IMG/VR virus record: IMGVR_UViG_3300045988_185315
Direction: 5' to 3' (one strand)
Source of the DNA: a virus
Length of the DNA stretch: 64,000 bases
The translations under genes were made by a program, and so were the position numbers. The notes beneath the pieces were generated by a model. It had not been told where the DNA came from, ran no database searches, and was given only the letters and a program-made list of their open reading frames with translations. Shown piece after piece: positions 35,355 to 45,903 of the stretch (the stretch's first letter is position 1; each line of letters starts with the position of its first letter).

Positions 35355-35567
35355 CTATTTTTCGCCAAACTTAATGTCGATATATACGATTTCAAAGCAC
35401 AGTGCAGCGCTCAAAATAAATCCGAAAACAATGTAGGATGGATGAGTCAAGGACCAGCCAGGATTCGCTAGATACCCATGCCAATATCTAACGTTAAGTA
35501 CAAAAATAAACACCGGCAGAATTAGATACCAGATGCTTTCCAGCACAATTTTGATGTCTTTTCGCAT
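35355..35567 (-). CDS. small membrane protein (70 aa, 2 transmembrane helices)
   Basis: Two hydrophobic helices. Confidence 0.45.
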   Translation of the reverse strand: MRKDIKIVLESIWYLILPVFIFVLNVRYWHGYLANPGWSLTHPSYIVFGFILSAALCFEIVYIDIKFGEK

Positions 35568-35696
35568 CTCACTCGCCTCGAAATTCGAGCGGAATCAGAG
35601 TTCGGCGCTTCTGACTTTCTGTATACCAAAAAATACTAAGTCCGGCCAGGATAGCGAAAATGATGATTTTCAAAAGCCTTTTCATTTAGTCCTCCT

Positions 35697-38477
35697 TTAT
35701 GCTGCAGATGCAAAGATGTCACCGCACGGAGCATTTGTAAACATATCAGTTCGTGAAGTCACATTACTGATATTCCAGTTTTGAATAGGCGAAGCATCTT
35801 CGAGAGATGTGCATTTATAAAACATATAGTTCATTGATGTTATATTAGAAGTATCCCAGGATGCTATCGAAGATATATCTGATAATAATGTACAGCTACT
35901 AAACATCGAATCCATAGTTGTAACAGCTTTCGGGTTCCAGCTTTTTAATGCATTCAAATTCGTTAACTTTTTACAGCCAGAGAATGTACTTTTCATTGTC
36001 GTCACTTTTGAAACATCCCAATTGGAAATTGGTGAAAAATCTTGAATTAACGAGCAGTAACCAAACGTTTCGCAAATGTCAGTAACATTCATCGTATTCC
36101 AATTTCTTAGGGCTGCAATATCTGTTAGTTTTGTGCAGCCAGAGAATGTTTCCCGAAAAGAAGTAGCTTTTTCGGTTTTCCAATTTGATAGTGCGTCAAG
36201 GCTGCTCATTTTGCAATATGTAAAAGCATATGAAAAATCGGTAACGTTTCCAGTGTTCCAAGATTTAAGTGCGGATATATCATCAATTTTTGAGCAACCA
36301 TAAAAAATATTCGAAATATTTTGCAAGTTATCCGTTTCCCATGATTTAAGTGCTGAAATATCAATTAAATTGTCACAGTCCCCAAACATATTGTACATAG
36401 AGATAACGTTACTTACCTCCCAATCTTCAAGTCCCTCCAATGAGGTCAATTGGGAGTGTGTCCACTGCAAGTGACTTCTACCCATGTAAAACATGCCGCC
36501 CGTATATAGTGTATTACTGGTGTTCCATGTTTTCAAAAAATGAAGATTTGAAATACCTGCGCAATATTCAAACATACCGCTCATGTCTTCGATGCTGCGT
36601 GTATCCCAATTGGCTAACGTTGAAAAATCAGTAATCTTTCTATCATCTTCGAACATGTGTACTACGCTTTTTACATTGCTTATATCCCATTTGCCAATAT
36701 CTGGTAGTCTTTCAAGCTTTGTACACTGCTGAAACATTCGCCCCATATCTTCTGCATTGCTGGTATTCCAATTGCTAATATCTGGGAGTTCCGTTAGAGA
36801 ACTGCAGCAACTAAACATTCCAAGGCTTTCTGTATTTTTGTAGCCGAACATTTTTACATTGCCCGTATCCCACTTCCCGATATCAGGCAACTTGCTTAGC
36901 GAGTAGCATTCCGCAAACATTCCATACATTTCAGTAACATTGCTTGTGTCCCAATTACTGATATCCGGCAATTCTTTTAAGCCGCTATCATTAAACATGC
37001 ATCCCATTGAAGTTACATTTGAAGTGTCCCATTTCCCGATGTCCGGTAAATATTTTAGTCTACCGCAATCATCAAACATGTAGTACATTGTTGTAACTTT
37101 ACTTGTATCCCATGCGTCAATCCCCGAAATTGTCGTCAGCCTTTCACAGCTCCAGAACATTTTAGACATATCAGTGATGTTTGAAACATCCCAATTTTCA
37201 AGTCCATAAATTTCTTCTAGTTTTTTCCAATATTGAAATACCTTATTTACAATTGTTACCCTGCTGGTATTTACATTGTCATAAAATAACTTTGTTACTT
37301 TATCTACGCTTCCCCTTATAGAAAGGCTATCTCCACTTGCAAATTGTAAAGCTCCACCTTCTGCATTTGTTACCCATAATTCAGTTCCATCGCAAAATGC
37401 TATAATGCTTCCGGACTTGTCACTTGAAACATCGTAAGTTGTGGCATTATTGGGGATTTCATATTCTCCGAAATGAATTGCAGTAATTGAGTTATTTGCA
37501 GCTTTTTGTTCATCTAATGCCGTTTTTAGCATTGATGCTGTAAACAGCGGTCTTTCTACCACATTAACAACTTCTATGTATTGCTGTTTGTTTCCTTCTT
37601 CGTCAACATAAGACACTGTAATCGATGCAACTCCAGCTCCAATAATTGTCACCGTTCCATTTGCATCTACTTTTGCCACTGCCTCATTATTGCTTTCAAA
37701 TGTTTTGCCATCAGATGTTTCGCCATCTTCCAGAATGCTAAATGGGTCGCTGTCTGTAAATTTATTGTAGATGGTAGCTTTGTTGAGCAAGCAATTAAAC
37801 ACAACCGTTCCAAGCCAATCACCCGGAGTAAGTGTGGCTGTTGCAGAGTAATCAGAGGATGTTCCATCACCTAGCAGTTCACTGCGGTTCCACTGGGTCT
37901 TGCTTGCCATGACAGACATTGGCGCGTCCTTGGAACCGGTTCGCTGCATCGGAGATGCGTCTGTCGTGACGTAGACTGCTTTACCTTCCGGAATATCCCC
38001 TTTTAGAAGAACCGGAATCGATGTGCTCTTTTCACCAGTACCATCCGCACCGGTCATTGATACGTTTTCCGGAACGACAAGAGTATAAGTGCTCTCTACC
38101 GACGCCGTGATTTGAGTGGCCGCCGTTTTATCATTACTATCGGCTTGAAGCGAGGACCCGCTATCACCTTGCGTTGTAAAGGATACGGTGTTTCCTTCTT
38201 CTTTAGGTTCGTCTTCCGCTATTTCTACAGAAGTACCGTCATCTTCTGCACCTAAAGAGGCACTGCCTTCGGCTGCAGTATCTGAAAAAAATTGCGGGGG
38301 GTTAGGATTTTCGTCTTCATCCAGAACGTCTGTATCAGACGGTTCATCGCTGACCGTATTTGTTAAATCATTCGTTACCACAGAATCCGTCAGCTCTTCT
38401 GCCCATGCTGGAGTTAGCGCCATTGAGGCAAACATGGCAACCGCAAGAAATCCAGCCGCCATTCTTTTGATTTTCAT
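35697..38477 (-). CDS. large secreted DUF285/BspA-like repeat protein (926 aa)
   Basis: Signal peptide MKIKRMAAGFLAVAMFASMALTPAWA; more than 20 repeats of WDTSNVT-M--MF-C--L type. Confidence 0.7.
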   Translation of the reverse strand: MKIKRMAAGFLAVAMFASMALTPAWAEELTDSVVTNDLTNTVSDEPSDTDVLDEDENPNPPQFFSDTAAEGSASLGAEDDGTSVEIAEDEPKEEGNTVSFTTQGDSGSSLQADSNDKTAATQITASVESTYTLVVPENVSMTGADGTGEKSTSIPVLLKGDIPEGKAVYVTTDASPMQRTGSKDAPMSVMASKTQWNRSELLGDGTSSDYSATATLTPGDWLGTVVFNCLLNKATIYNKFTDSDPFSILEDGETSDGKTFESNNEAVAKVDANGTVTIIGAGVASITVSYVDEEGNKQQYIEVVNVVERPLFTASMLKTALDEQKAANNSITAIHFGEYEIPNNATTYDVSSDKSGSIIAFCDGTELWVTNAEGGALQFASGDSLSIRGSVDKVTKLFYDNVNTSRVTIVNKVFQYWKKLEEIYGLENWDVSNITDMSKMFWSCERLTTISGIDAWDTSKVTTMYYMFDDCGRLKYLPDIGKWDTSNVTSMGCMFNDSGLKELPDISNWDTSNVTEMYGMFAECYSLSKLPDIGKWDTGNVKMFGYKNTESLGMFSCCSSLTELPDISNWNTSNAEDMGRMFQQCTKLERLPDIGKWDISNVKSVVHMFEDDRKITDFSTLANWDTRSIEDMSGMFEYCAGISNLHFLKTWNTSNTLYTGGMFYMGRSHLQWTHSQLTSLEGLEDWEVSNVISMYNMFGDCDNLIDISALKSWETDNLQNISNIFYGCSKIDDISALKSWNTGNVTDFSYAFTYCKMSSLDALSNWKTEKATSFRETFSGCTKLTDIAALRNWNTMNVTDICETFGYCSLIQDFSPISNWDVSKVTTMKSTFSGCKKLTNLNALKSWNPKAVTTMDSMFSSCTLLSDISSIASWDTSNITSMNYMFYKCTSLEDASPIQNWNISNVTSRTDMFTNAPCGDIFASAA

Positions 38478-38509
38478 GGTTTTTTCCTTCTCATTGTATT
38501 TGACTAGCA

Positions 38510-38953
38510 TTACGACATGGAACAACTAAATGTTGCTGTGCCGGTCCAGTTGCCTGGTGTGAGTGTAGCTGAAACGGTATATTCCGATTTTGTGCCGTCT
38601 TTCGAGTTCGCCAAGAGGTCATCTCGGCTCCATGTAGTTTTCGGTGTCTCAACCGTTGCCGTCACATCTTTTGCTCCGGACCGTGTCATAACGGGCGGAA
38701 CAGTTGTTACGGTAACGACCTTGTCCTCGGGAATGTCTCCCTTGAGGGTAACATCGAGCGATGCCGTTTTAACTCCCGTTCCACCAGAGCCGGTCAAGGT
38801 TACACGTTCTGGAACCGTAATACTGTAGTTTCCGTTTACGCTTGCATTTACCGTAGTCGTTGCGCTCTTTGCCGCATCGTCTGCAAAAGCTGTAAAAGAC
38901 GTAGCAAGCATTGCTGCCATGATAAATGCCATACTTTTCATAACATTTTTCAT
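38510..38953 (-). CDS. small secreted protein paralogous to the N-terminal domain of the DUF285 protein (147 aa)
   Basis: Signal peptide; VPERVTLTGSGGTGVKTASLDVTLKGDIPE…ATLTPGNWTGTATFSC parallels VPENVSMTGADGTGEKSTSIPVLLKGDIPE…ATLTPGDWLGTVVFNC. Confidence 0.6.
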   Translation of the reverse strand: MKNVMKSMAFIMAAMLATSFTAFADDAAKSATTTVNASVNGNYSITVPERVTLTGSGGTGVKTASLDVTLKGDIPEDKVVTVTTVPPVMTRSGAKDVTATVETPKTTWSRDDLLANSKDGTKSEYTVSATLTPGNWTGTATFSCSMS

Positions 38954-39083
38954 TTTCTTCTCCTTTGCTGTCACTTTATAATTTAGCTTTTGTCTAAGAG
39001 TTCACTATATTTCTCTCCTTTTTTAGAAAATTTTTATCACTGCGAATATCTTTATGGCATCGTGATATTCGCAAAATAATTGT

Positions 39084-39749
39084 TTATGCTTTGCTCATTT
39101 TTGTCAGTCGCTTAGCAACTGACATGATGAGCCATTTCTGGGTTTTCTCCGAGAGTTGGCGGGGCTTGCATTCGATTTTCTTGCGAATCCCGCAGGTATT
39201 TTCGCAGTTGTAATATAGCAGAACTCCTATACCATCAGGAATCTCATCTTTGACTTTCTTGTATAGTGCTAACGGCATCGCATAGTAGTTACAGTGCCCC
39301 ACAAAGTTGTGGCCATGGTCAGAGTGAAAGTCACTCACGGAAACCTTAATTTCCGCGCAGGTGACGACGGTGTCGATGGTGTATGTATGTTTCGTTTTGT
39401 ACAGCCTGCAGAACCGTTCCGTACACGGTTCATTACGAAAACTCCAGTTGGCGATATCTTTAGGGCATGATACTTCCTGCGTCCACTGCCGGACGGACGG
39501 CATAACTAAGTCTCTGTCCTCATCCCTGTACATTGAGAGTTTGCAGGTCCCACATTTTGTTTCTGATGTGAAGCACTCTTGGACCCGAACGAAGTCAACA
39601 AGACCGGATTTTATCGAGCCACACTCGACAGGTACTTCCAGAGCGTCGAAGCCTTGACGGAACGAATCAACCCGGTATCCACCATAGCTGGTAGGATGCC
39701 AAACCTTTAGCGCTGATTCTATTTTTTGAGTCAGAAGAGTTTTTGCCAT
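39084..39749 (-). CDS. hypothetical Cys-rich protein (221 aa)
   Basis: ORF, start at MAKTLL. Confidence 0.45.
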   Translation of the reverse strand: MAKTLLTQKIESALKVWHPTSYGGYRVDSFRQGFDALEVPVECGSIKSGLVDFVRVQECFTSETKCGTCKLSMYRDEDRDLVMPSVRQWTQEVSCPKDIANWSFRNEPCTERFCRLYKTKHTYTIDTVVTCAEIKVSVSDFHSDHGHNFVGHCNYYAMPLALYKKVKDEIPDGIGVLLYYNCENTCGIRKKIECKPRQLSEKTQKWLIMSVAKRLTKMSKA

Positions 39750-39763
39750 GGCTGCTCCAATCC

Positions 39764-40057
39764 TCATCGAATGATTTCGTGCGCAATAACGTCGGATTCC
39801 GTACAAAAGATATCGCTGTAATCGGCCTCATCATTGCCCGCACAGACCTCATGCTGATATGGTGCCGTGCCCTTGCGTTCAATTTCAATGCGCCAAATGC
39901 CATCGATATAGCGCACGACAATAATGGTATCGTCGTCCAGGAATAACCGAACTCCCTTGACATCGAAGCAACCAATTTCATCGACCCCATAGTTGGAATT
40001 ATCCAGGCAGACAAGGTCGTCACTGGACCCATAAATTTTGACCACGTTGCACCTCAC
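39764..40057 (-). CDS. hypothetical protein (97 aa)
   Basis: ORF with a 4-nt overlap to the upstream gene. Confidence 0.45.
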   Translation of the reverse strand: MRCNVVKIYGSSDDLVCLDNSNYGVDEIGCFDVKGVRLFLDDDTIIVVRYIDGIWRIEIERKGTAPYQHEVCAGNDEADYSDIFCTESDVIAHEIIR

Positions 40058-40329
40058 ACCGTTTTCTGTTCGCTGGTGACAATGCGCGGGATGAATAGAA
40101 ATTCAGTTTTTCTTGTTTCAGTGTTGGTTCTCCGAATGACCGTGCCATCCCGAACGATTTTCACGCCATCCTTATTGATGACAGGCTTTTCTTTGCCGAC
40201 GAAGTTCATCAGTTCCAGCTCTTCAACAGTGTAGTTATCCCGGTGCAGCCATTCCGTGAGCTCACCGTCATCGTCGAAAACCGGGACAGCCTCGCTCCCC
40301 AGCGTGCTCCTTGCTTCAAACTTATTCAT
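40054..40329 (-). CDS. hypothetical protein (91 aa)
   Basis: Start at the ATG at 40329 with an AAGGAGA site. Confidence 0.45.
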   Translation of the reverse strand: MNKFEARSTLGSEAVPVFDDDGELTEWLHRDNYTVEELELMNFVGKEKPVINKDGVKIVRDGTVIRRTNTETRKTEFLFIPRIVTSEQKTV

Positions 40330-40435
40330 AGTTTTTGTCTCCTTGCAACATTTTTTATGCGATTTATCGGAATTTTTGGGGCTATATCTTAGTTTTGCAA
40401 CATCCATACAGCTGCAAAGACTCAAGTTGATGGCA

Positions 40436-41323
40436 TTACCCAGCTTTCTTGGTTTTCTTGGTTTCGGGCTTTACGATACCGCCGTTGGCATCGTAGACAT
40501 TGTATGGGAAGTCACCGTTATTGACGCGCTTAGCAACGCGCTGCCCGGTGGCAGTCTTATAATACTGGTTCAGTCGGTTTGCAGTACGGAAAAAGGCAAA
40601 CCTTGCATACTGTGTGCCGCGCTTGACACGGTTTTCGCGCAGCAGTTCGTCCCGCAGCGTGATAGCATAATGTTCGGCTTCATTGTTGGTGAACCCCGAA
40701 TAGAACACGTCCATGAACTTCTCGATATAAATAGCGGGAACATCGTTCATGGCAGCCACAATGATGGCCGCTGTTGTACCTGCGGAATTGAGTCCCGGCA
40801 GCGTAGCCTTCTTGATGCACTTGGTGGCGGATTCGATTTGCGTGCGGTATTTCATCAGCCATTCGCTCAAAGCTTCCTCGTGACTGAGGTTCGAGCCTGC
40901 GAACACGCGGCCGATGAGGTTTGCTGCGGAGAGAATCGTATTGTTCGTCCAGCTCATATCGTACTCGGACATCTGCACACGGTTCGCCATGGAGCGGATG
41001 TTTCCGGAATCGATGTGCTGAGACTTGGCGGCATTAAAGGTCACGTTCATACGCACGGTCACACCGGACTCGACGATAGCGAGCAGCCGATGCTGTCCGT
41101 CAACCAGCGTGCCATCGGAGGCGATGGCAATACCCTGATGCGTAGTATCCCAATGTCCTTCTCTCATGTCCTTCGCCATCTTTTTGACTTTGGCGACGTT
41201 CACGTTCCGATTGTTATCGTTCCTCTCAAGCCATTTTGCTGCCTGTTCGGGCGAGATTTCGTAGCCATCCCGCGTTCTCTGATTGAAATTATAGCGTCCC
41301 ATTTGTGATTCCTTTCTGCCCAA
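40436..41323 (-). CDS. ParB/Srx-superfamily (DGQHR-motif, DUF262/ParB-like nuclease domain) protein, 295 aa
   Basis: IAIASDGTLVDGQHRLLAI matches the DGQQR/ParB-like N-terminal nuclease motif. Confidence 0.55.
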   Translation of the reverse strand: MGRKESQMGRYNFNQRTRDGYEISPEQAAKWLERNDNNRNVNVAKVKKMAKDMREGHWDTTHQGIAIASDGTLVDGQHRLLAIVESGVTVRMNVTFNAAKSQHIDSGNIRSMANRVQMSEYDMSWTNNTILSAANLIGRVFAGSNLSHEEALSEWLMKYRTQIESATKCIKKATLPGLNSAGTTAAIIVAAMNDVPAIYIEKFMDVFYSGFTNNEAEHYAITLRDELLRENRVKRGTQYARFAFFRTANRLNQYYKTATGQRVAKRVNNGDFPYNVYDANGGIVKPETKKTKKAG

Positions 41324-41345
41324 GTAGGCGTGTGTTTGATATTTG

Positions 41346-41660
41346 TTATTGATATTCAGAAAAATTCCCTGATTTGTGATTATATTCGTGTTGGTCGAGT
41401 TGGCGTGGCTGCATCGAAACAGTGCGCAACGTTCTGAGTCTGTGCATAACGCCTCCTCTCACCAGCGGCGATAAGGTATCCCTGCCGCTGAGGTTATGAG
41501 TCCTAGCTCTGTCGTCTGAATCAGCCAGAATCGCCAGCAACTCATCGAGGATGCCGATATAGTTGTCGTCATTGATATACTGGATGGTGTTAATCATGGC
41601 CGTTTTCAGTGCATTGATAGGTTCTCCGCGCATCGAGCCGGAAGTATCGACAACGAACAA
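41346..41660 (-). pseudogene. fragment duplicated from the vWA gene at 57601-59295 (first about 35 codons of its vWA domain), then diverges
   Basis: DNA 41565-41655 about 90% identical to 58012-58115; encodes VVDTSGSMRGEPINALKTAMINTIQYINDDNYIGI. Confidence 0.55.
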
Positions 41661-41669
41661 AGCTATTTC

Positions 41670-42443
41670 TTAGTCTGTGCGGGTGTATCCGTGGTCAGCT
41701 AACCATTTATGTACTTCATTCGTGACGTCCAATGTATCGATGGAATAGCTGTTAACTCCCAGTTTGCCATTGGAAAGATTCATGCCAATATTATAAATGA
41801 GCTTGTGGCCTTTCATTTTGCCGATGGTCGTTGTGTTTCCTGCGGCGAATGTTTTGACTCCGACGCCGAGTTCCGAGTTATTCTCGTAGTCCAGTTCTTT
41901 GTAAGTAAAATTGTCTTGTACAAGAATCAGCTTTTTGAAAATCTGATGACTCTGCAAGATGCCATTATGAATGGAAAGGCAGTTTTGCCAATCGGCTTCA
42001 AAATCAATCCAGTTCCCGAATGTGGAAGCTGTCAATGGAGCATTAGGACTCTGGTTGATAGCTGCTGCCTCTTGAAGCAGCAGTTTCTTAGGTGTTTTGT
42101 ATTCCGCTACCGGATAGTTAATTTCACCCTTGCACAGTATTTTCGCAAATGCTTTGACGGCAAGCTTACCAAAGATAACGCAGAAACATCCGCAGAAACC
42201 AAAAAATGCGCCAAGCAGATAGAATACAAGTGTTGCTGTATGGATGCTTTCGGGGTCGTATCTCTGCGCTGATGCCTCCGAAATAGCAAGGCCAATTGGA
42301 ATCAGCAGCAAGATAATGCCGAAAATTATAAAGGCGATTCCCATTGTTACCCACATCCGACCCGTACCTGCCGGGGTCGCATATTTCAGTGCTCTTTTCC
42401 GTTCTTTCTCAGACGGAATCATCTTATCCTTTTTGGCTGCCAT
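41670..42443 (-). CDS. integral membrane protein (257 aa)
   Basis: Two N-terminal transmembrane helices then a soluble domain. Confidence 0.5.
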   Translation of the reverse strand: MAAKKDKMIPSEKERKRALKYATPAGTGRMWVTMGIAFIIFGIILLLIPIGLAISEASAQRYDPESIHTATLVFYLLGAFFGFCGCFCVIFGKLAVKAFAKILCKGEINYPVAEYKTPKKLLLQEAAAINQSPNAPLTASTFGNWIDFEADWQNCLSIHNGILQSHQIFKKLILVQDNFTYKELDYENNSELGVGVKTFAAGNTTTIGKMKGHKLIYNIGMNLSNGKLGVNSYSIDTLDVTNEVHKWLADHGYTRTD

Positions 42444-42490
42444 GATTTCCTCCTCCTTTTAATCGTGAAATCTGTTGTTGATTTTCTGAA

Positions 42491-42688
42491 TCAGCCAAAG
42501 CTGAGCTGCTCTGAGTCAGTTGAAAAGAAAGCCGCCTTTTTCTTTGCCTGCTCTTTTGCACTCTTACTTATCGGTTTCTTCGTGCCGTCCAGATGATGCT
42601 TGCTCTTGTACGAATTTTCATTCTTTGCCATGTTATATCTCCCAATAAATAATCCCCACGCAGACATTTTTATCCGCATGGGGACCAC
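42491..42688 (-). CDS. small basic protein (65 aa)
   Basis: ORF. Confidence 0.35.
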   Translation of the reverse strand: MVPMRIKMSAWGLFIGRYNMAKNENSYKSKHHLDGTKKPISKSAKEQAKKKAAFFSTDSEQLSFG

Positions 42689-42749
42689 AAAAGAAAGAGC
42701 CGCAGAAACATAATCTCTGCGGCTTACACTTATTTATCTTATATTTCCC

Positions 42750-42779
42750 ATCATATTCAATTCGCACGGATGTACAAGG
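42750..42779 (-). promoter_or_regulatory. promoter of the conserved family (TTGTAC-N16-TATGAT)
   Basis: Reverse complement TTGTACatccgtgcgaattgaaTATGAT. Confidence 0.5.
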
Positions 42780-42913
42780 CAAAATTATGGCAAAGCCGTG
42801 ACAAAGACAAGGCACATGGGACTTGTTCCGTTGCTGAACAGGAAATGCCAAAAATCAACTGCTTTGCCCAAATATGTCATCTCGTGTATTTTCTTGTCAT
42901 TTATTGTAAATTC

Positions 42914-42946
42914 ATGCTTGCTTTTTGGTGCGGGATGTGCTATTAT
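42914..42946 (+). promoter_or_regulatory. plus-strand promoter of the same family (TTGCTT-N17-TATTATAAT) driving 43003
   Basis: TTGCTTtttggtgcgggatgtgcTATTATAAT; spacer contains GTGCGGGAT, similar to GTGCGAAT. Confidence 0.5.
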
Positions 42947-43002
42947 AATTACAGAAGATGACAGCATTGTACAGCTAATGACATATTTGAAAGGAGTACA
43001 CC

Positions 43003-44889
43003 ATGATTTATGTTAACCTCGCCACGCCCGTGATTTTCTATAAGCAGCTGCCCGACATCGCTAAGAAGCTGGATGTGGATGCTGATTTTTTGAAAGGCTT
43101 TCTCACCAACGCCAGGTGTTATGTCGAGGATGCCGGAAAAGGTGAAGTGCTTGAGCTGGACAACTCGGCCGACACGATAACGAAAGTTGTCGCAACCCAT
43201 GAGAAGTTTTTTTATGGCGCGGAAGCCATTGTGGAATTCGCCAAGAGCAAAGGCGTGGTTATTCCTGCACTGAACCATTTTGAACTTGGTGCAGATATCT
43301 CTGCCCATGCAACGGAAGACCAAGTTGCCAACATCACTGCATTGGCCGCACGAGTCGAGCGCCTCAATAGTCGGTACAAGAGTCTTGCCCGGCTTGAAGC
43401 CCCGGACGTCATCCTGATGAACGAAGCAAGGATGGTGCGTGAGGCAGTAGAGCAGCTGGAAGATAACAGCGGTACATACTCCCCGGCTCTTGACCAGAAC
43501 GGGGTTGCCTATCAATCCTTGAAGGATATTGGGTATTCTCTTGTCACCGGTTGGGACAAGTCGGTACTTGAAAAGAACAGCAATAAGGATACGGAGGCCA
43601 CCTTTCCCAAAGAGCCCGACTTTCAAAGGCTGGCATCGCTGGTCAAAAAAGCCATCGGAACCCGCACACAGGGTAAGTTTGCGTTTCAAGCGGGGCTGAC
43701 TCGTGGATATATCAGTAACCTTGCGAACGGCAACGCGAAAGCTCAGCCGACCGAGAATACCATCAAGAAAATTGCAAGCGCAACAGATGCTGTCACGGAG
43801 AACGAGCTTCGTATCGCCTGTGGGTATGAGCCCTTGCCTGACGACGGGAAAGACAAGCTCTCTATGCAGCGTGCAAGCATGTCTGATGACGCATGGCAGA
43901 AAGACAACGTGGATGCATTCCTCTCTTTTCTGAATGAAACGATTCCAATGTCCACTCCTCTTTCGTCCACTGAAATTCTTCAAGCTCTTTTCAAGGAAAA
44001 ATACGGTGACAAGAACGACCAGATTCTGCTGGAAAAGGTCTCTGCCCCCGGCACCTATCGTACGGAAGGTACGGCTGCTAATGTCATTCTACCCATTCGT
44101 CTTTGTTGGTTCAGCTTCAAGCGGATGCTGATGCAGACTCTCTATGTAGGACTTATCGGGCATTACAGCAAAAACGATGAGCTGTACATTACCGGATACA
44201 TTTCTTCTGTGAAAGAGCTGCATGACGCGGTTCCGGCGCTGCGAGGCGGCATTGATGCGGCCTATGACGCGAGTCTGCCGGAGGGAATCGACATCATGAA
44301 GTTCCCGGTATTTTACACGGCTTCCAATGTTCAGGAAGCATACAAGCGGGTCCAGCAGAAAATCGTCTCCAAAATTGACGATTACTTTGCCAGCGAAGTG
44401 AAGGTTCGCGTTTCCGGCATCGGCTTTTATACTGATACCCTCTCGGATGAAAAGTTTGTGGAATTCATGCGCCTTCATAAAGCAGCGCTGACTGCTCCTT
44501 CTGCTCCTATCGAACTCCGGGACATCTATGAAAACGTTGTTGAACGTCACGGCCGCCCTGAGGATTTCCTTGTGGAAGACAGCGACTTTGACTGTAAGGC
44601 TTCCGTTATCGCCTATGCGATGAACAATGAGACGGTTCTCTGTGCAGGACAGGACATCTTTGACGGGATGCTGGGCAGCAAAGAAACCGATGCAGAAAAT
44701 TGCTCTTGCGTTTCTGTCTCTGACAAAGAGTTTGCCCGTCTGCATTCCAAGTTTGGCCTCAAGAAAGAGGACGTTCTGGAAGCTATCAAGGCATACGCGC
44801 AGGAGCTCGGTCTGGAGTACGGCCCCGTCAACTATTTCATGATGTGTGACCCGAAATACGCAAATGACCTTGGCGAAGTTGTTCAGTGA
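43003..44889 (+). CDS. large HTH_XRE-containing protein (628 aa), divergently transcribed
   Basis: Central QGKFAFQAGLTRGYISNLANGNAKAQPTENTIKKIA HTH; AAAGGAG site; large flanking domains unassigned. Confidence 0.65.
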   Translation: MIYVNLATPVIFYKQLPDIAKKLDVDADFLKGFLTNARCYVEDAGKGEVLELDNSADTITKVVATHEKFFYGAEAIVEFAKSKGVVIPALNHFELGADISAHATEDQVANITALAARVERLNSRYKSLARLEAPDVILMNEARMVREAVEQLEDNSGTYSPALDQNGVAYQSLKDIGYSLVTGWDKSVLEKNSNKDTEATFPKEPDFQRLASLVKKAIGTRTQGKFAFQAGLTRGYISNLANGNAKAQPTENTIKKIASATDAVTENELRIACGYEPLPDDGKDKLSMQRASMSDDAWQKDNVDAFLSFLNETIPMSTPLSSTEILQALFKEKYGDKNDQILLEKVSAPGTYRTEGTAANVILPIRLCWFSFKRMLMQTLYVGLIGHYSKNDELYITGYISSVKELHDAVPALRGGIDAAYDASLPEGIDIMKFPVFYTASNVQEAYKRVQQKIVSKIDDYFASEVKVRVSGIGFYTDTLSDEKFVEFMRLHKAALTAPSAPIELRDIYENVVERHGRPEDFLVEDSDFDCKASVIAYAMNNETVLCAGQDIFDGMLGSKETDAENCSCVSVSDKEFARLHSKFGLKKEDVLEAIKAYAQELGLEYGPVNYFMMCDPKYANDLGEVVQ

Positions 44890-44943
44890 GTTGTTCTGAA
44901 TGCGGCAAGGTGATTCGCTGCCATAATGGATGAGGTGTTTCCT

Positions 44944-45378
44944 ATGACACAAACCGATACCAATACCCGTATTACCGGCCTTGGCTTTTACTTGGATGAA
45001 ATCGAAAAGCCGATATTTTGCATTTTTCTTGAGAATCATCGTCAGACTATAGATGCCATGAGCGCATCTGCTTCTGTTCGTGCATTTCTTGACCGTATAT
45101 GTCTCGATAACGGCCGCATTAACTACGATGAGGCGGATAGGCTTTTGGCGAAAGATGAGGATTGTGCTTTGCTCGGTAAATGTCTTGCCTCCGCCCTTAA
45201 TCACGAATTTGGAGAAGAGTTGCTCTCCTGCCACTATAGCAGCTCAACTGATATTAACCGTCCGTGCCTTATCCTTTTACCTGAAAAAGTCAAGGATGAA
45301 CCGGCCATAGCATGTGTGCAAAAGGCAGCAAATGAGCTGCTCGTCGATTTCGAGCATGTGTGCCACGACACCCACTAA
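44944..45378 (+). CDS. hypothetical protein (144 aa), co-transcribed with the 43003 gene
   Basis: Start at the second ATG with a GAGG site; followed by a plus-strand terminator hairpin at 45395-45430. Confidence 0.5.
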   Translation: MTQTDTNTRITGLGFYLDEIEKPIFCIFLENHRQTIDAMSASASVRAFLDRICLDNGRINYDEADRLLAKDEDCALLGKCLASALNHEFGEELLSCHYSSSTDINRPCLILLPEKVKDEPAIACVQKAANELLVDFEHVCHDTH

Positions 45379-45392
45379 ACAAAAAAAGAAGG

Positions 45393-45432
45393 CTGCTACC
45401 CGTGATGGGCGGCAGCCTTTTGTCTTAAAAAA
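45393..45432 (+). terminator. intrinsic terminator (GGCTGCtacccgtgatgggcGGCAGCC + TTTTGTCTT)
   Basis: Hairpin plus T-run on the plus strand after the two plus-strand genes. Confidence 0.5.
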
Positions 45433-45450
45433 GGAAATGACTCGCAAATA

Positions 45451-45903
45451 TTATTTACTCGTTTGTTTTTTTAGCTTGTCCCTCGTTTCCATCAGAATAA
45501 TCCCAAGCCGGTTCTGACCCGGGATGTTCCGGCATTTCGGGCAATGGCAGTTTCCCCAGTAGTTATCGTGCCAACTGGTGGTATCTTCCTCGATTGGCTG
45601 CGTTCCCGTTTCGAGGAGACGCTGCTTGAGGTCTTTATTCTGTTCGAATTTAGCCATCACCACGCGGCGCATTACATCGTCCCGGGTTTCGTCCCAGTTG
45701 GCAGGGAAAGCCACATGACGGCCAAAATGCTTAGCCGTTGCCGGAGGCATGTCTGAAAATTGTTTGCGCTCTTCCAGCGGAACCTTGTGGCTCTGAAACG
45801 CTGCTTCGGCATTCTTGTAACGAATCCCATTCATCACAAATTCGCAAGAATAATAGTTACTCATAAACCAGTAGCGAGGGGTATCTTTTCTGAATCGAAT
45901 CAT
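45451..45903 (-). CDS. NADAR-domain protein (YbiA/DUF1768-like), 150 aa
   Basis: YWFMSNYYSCEFVMNGIRYKNAEAAFQSHK fits the F-SN-Y…G-Y-s-E…Q--K signature. Confidence 0.7.
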   Translation of the reverse strand: MIRFRKDTPRYWFMSNYYSCEFVMNGIRYKNAEAAFQSHKVPLEERKQFSDMPPATAKHFGRHVAFPANWDETRDDVMRRVVMAKFEQNKDLKQRLLETGTQPIEEDTTSWHDNYWGNCHCPKCRNIPGQNRLGIILMETRDKLKKQTSK

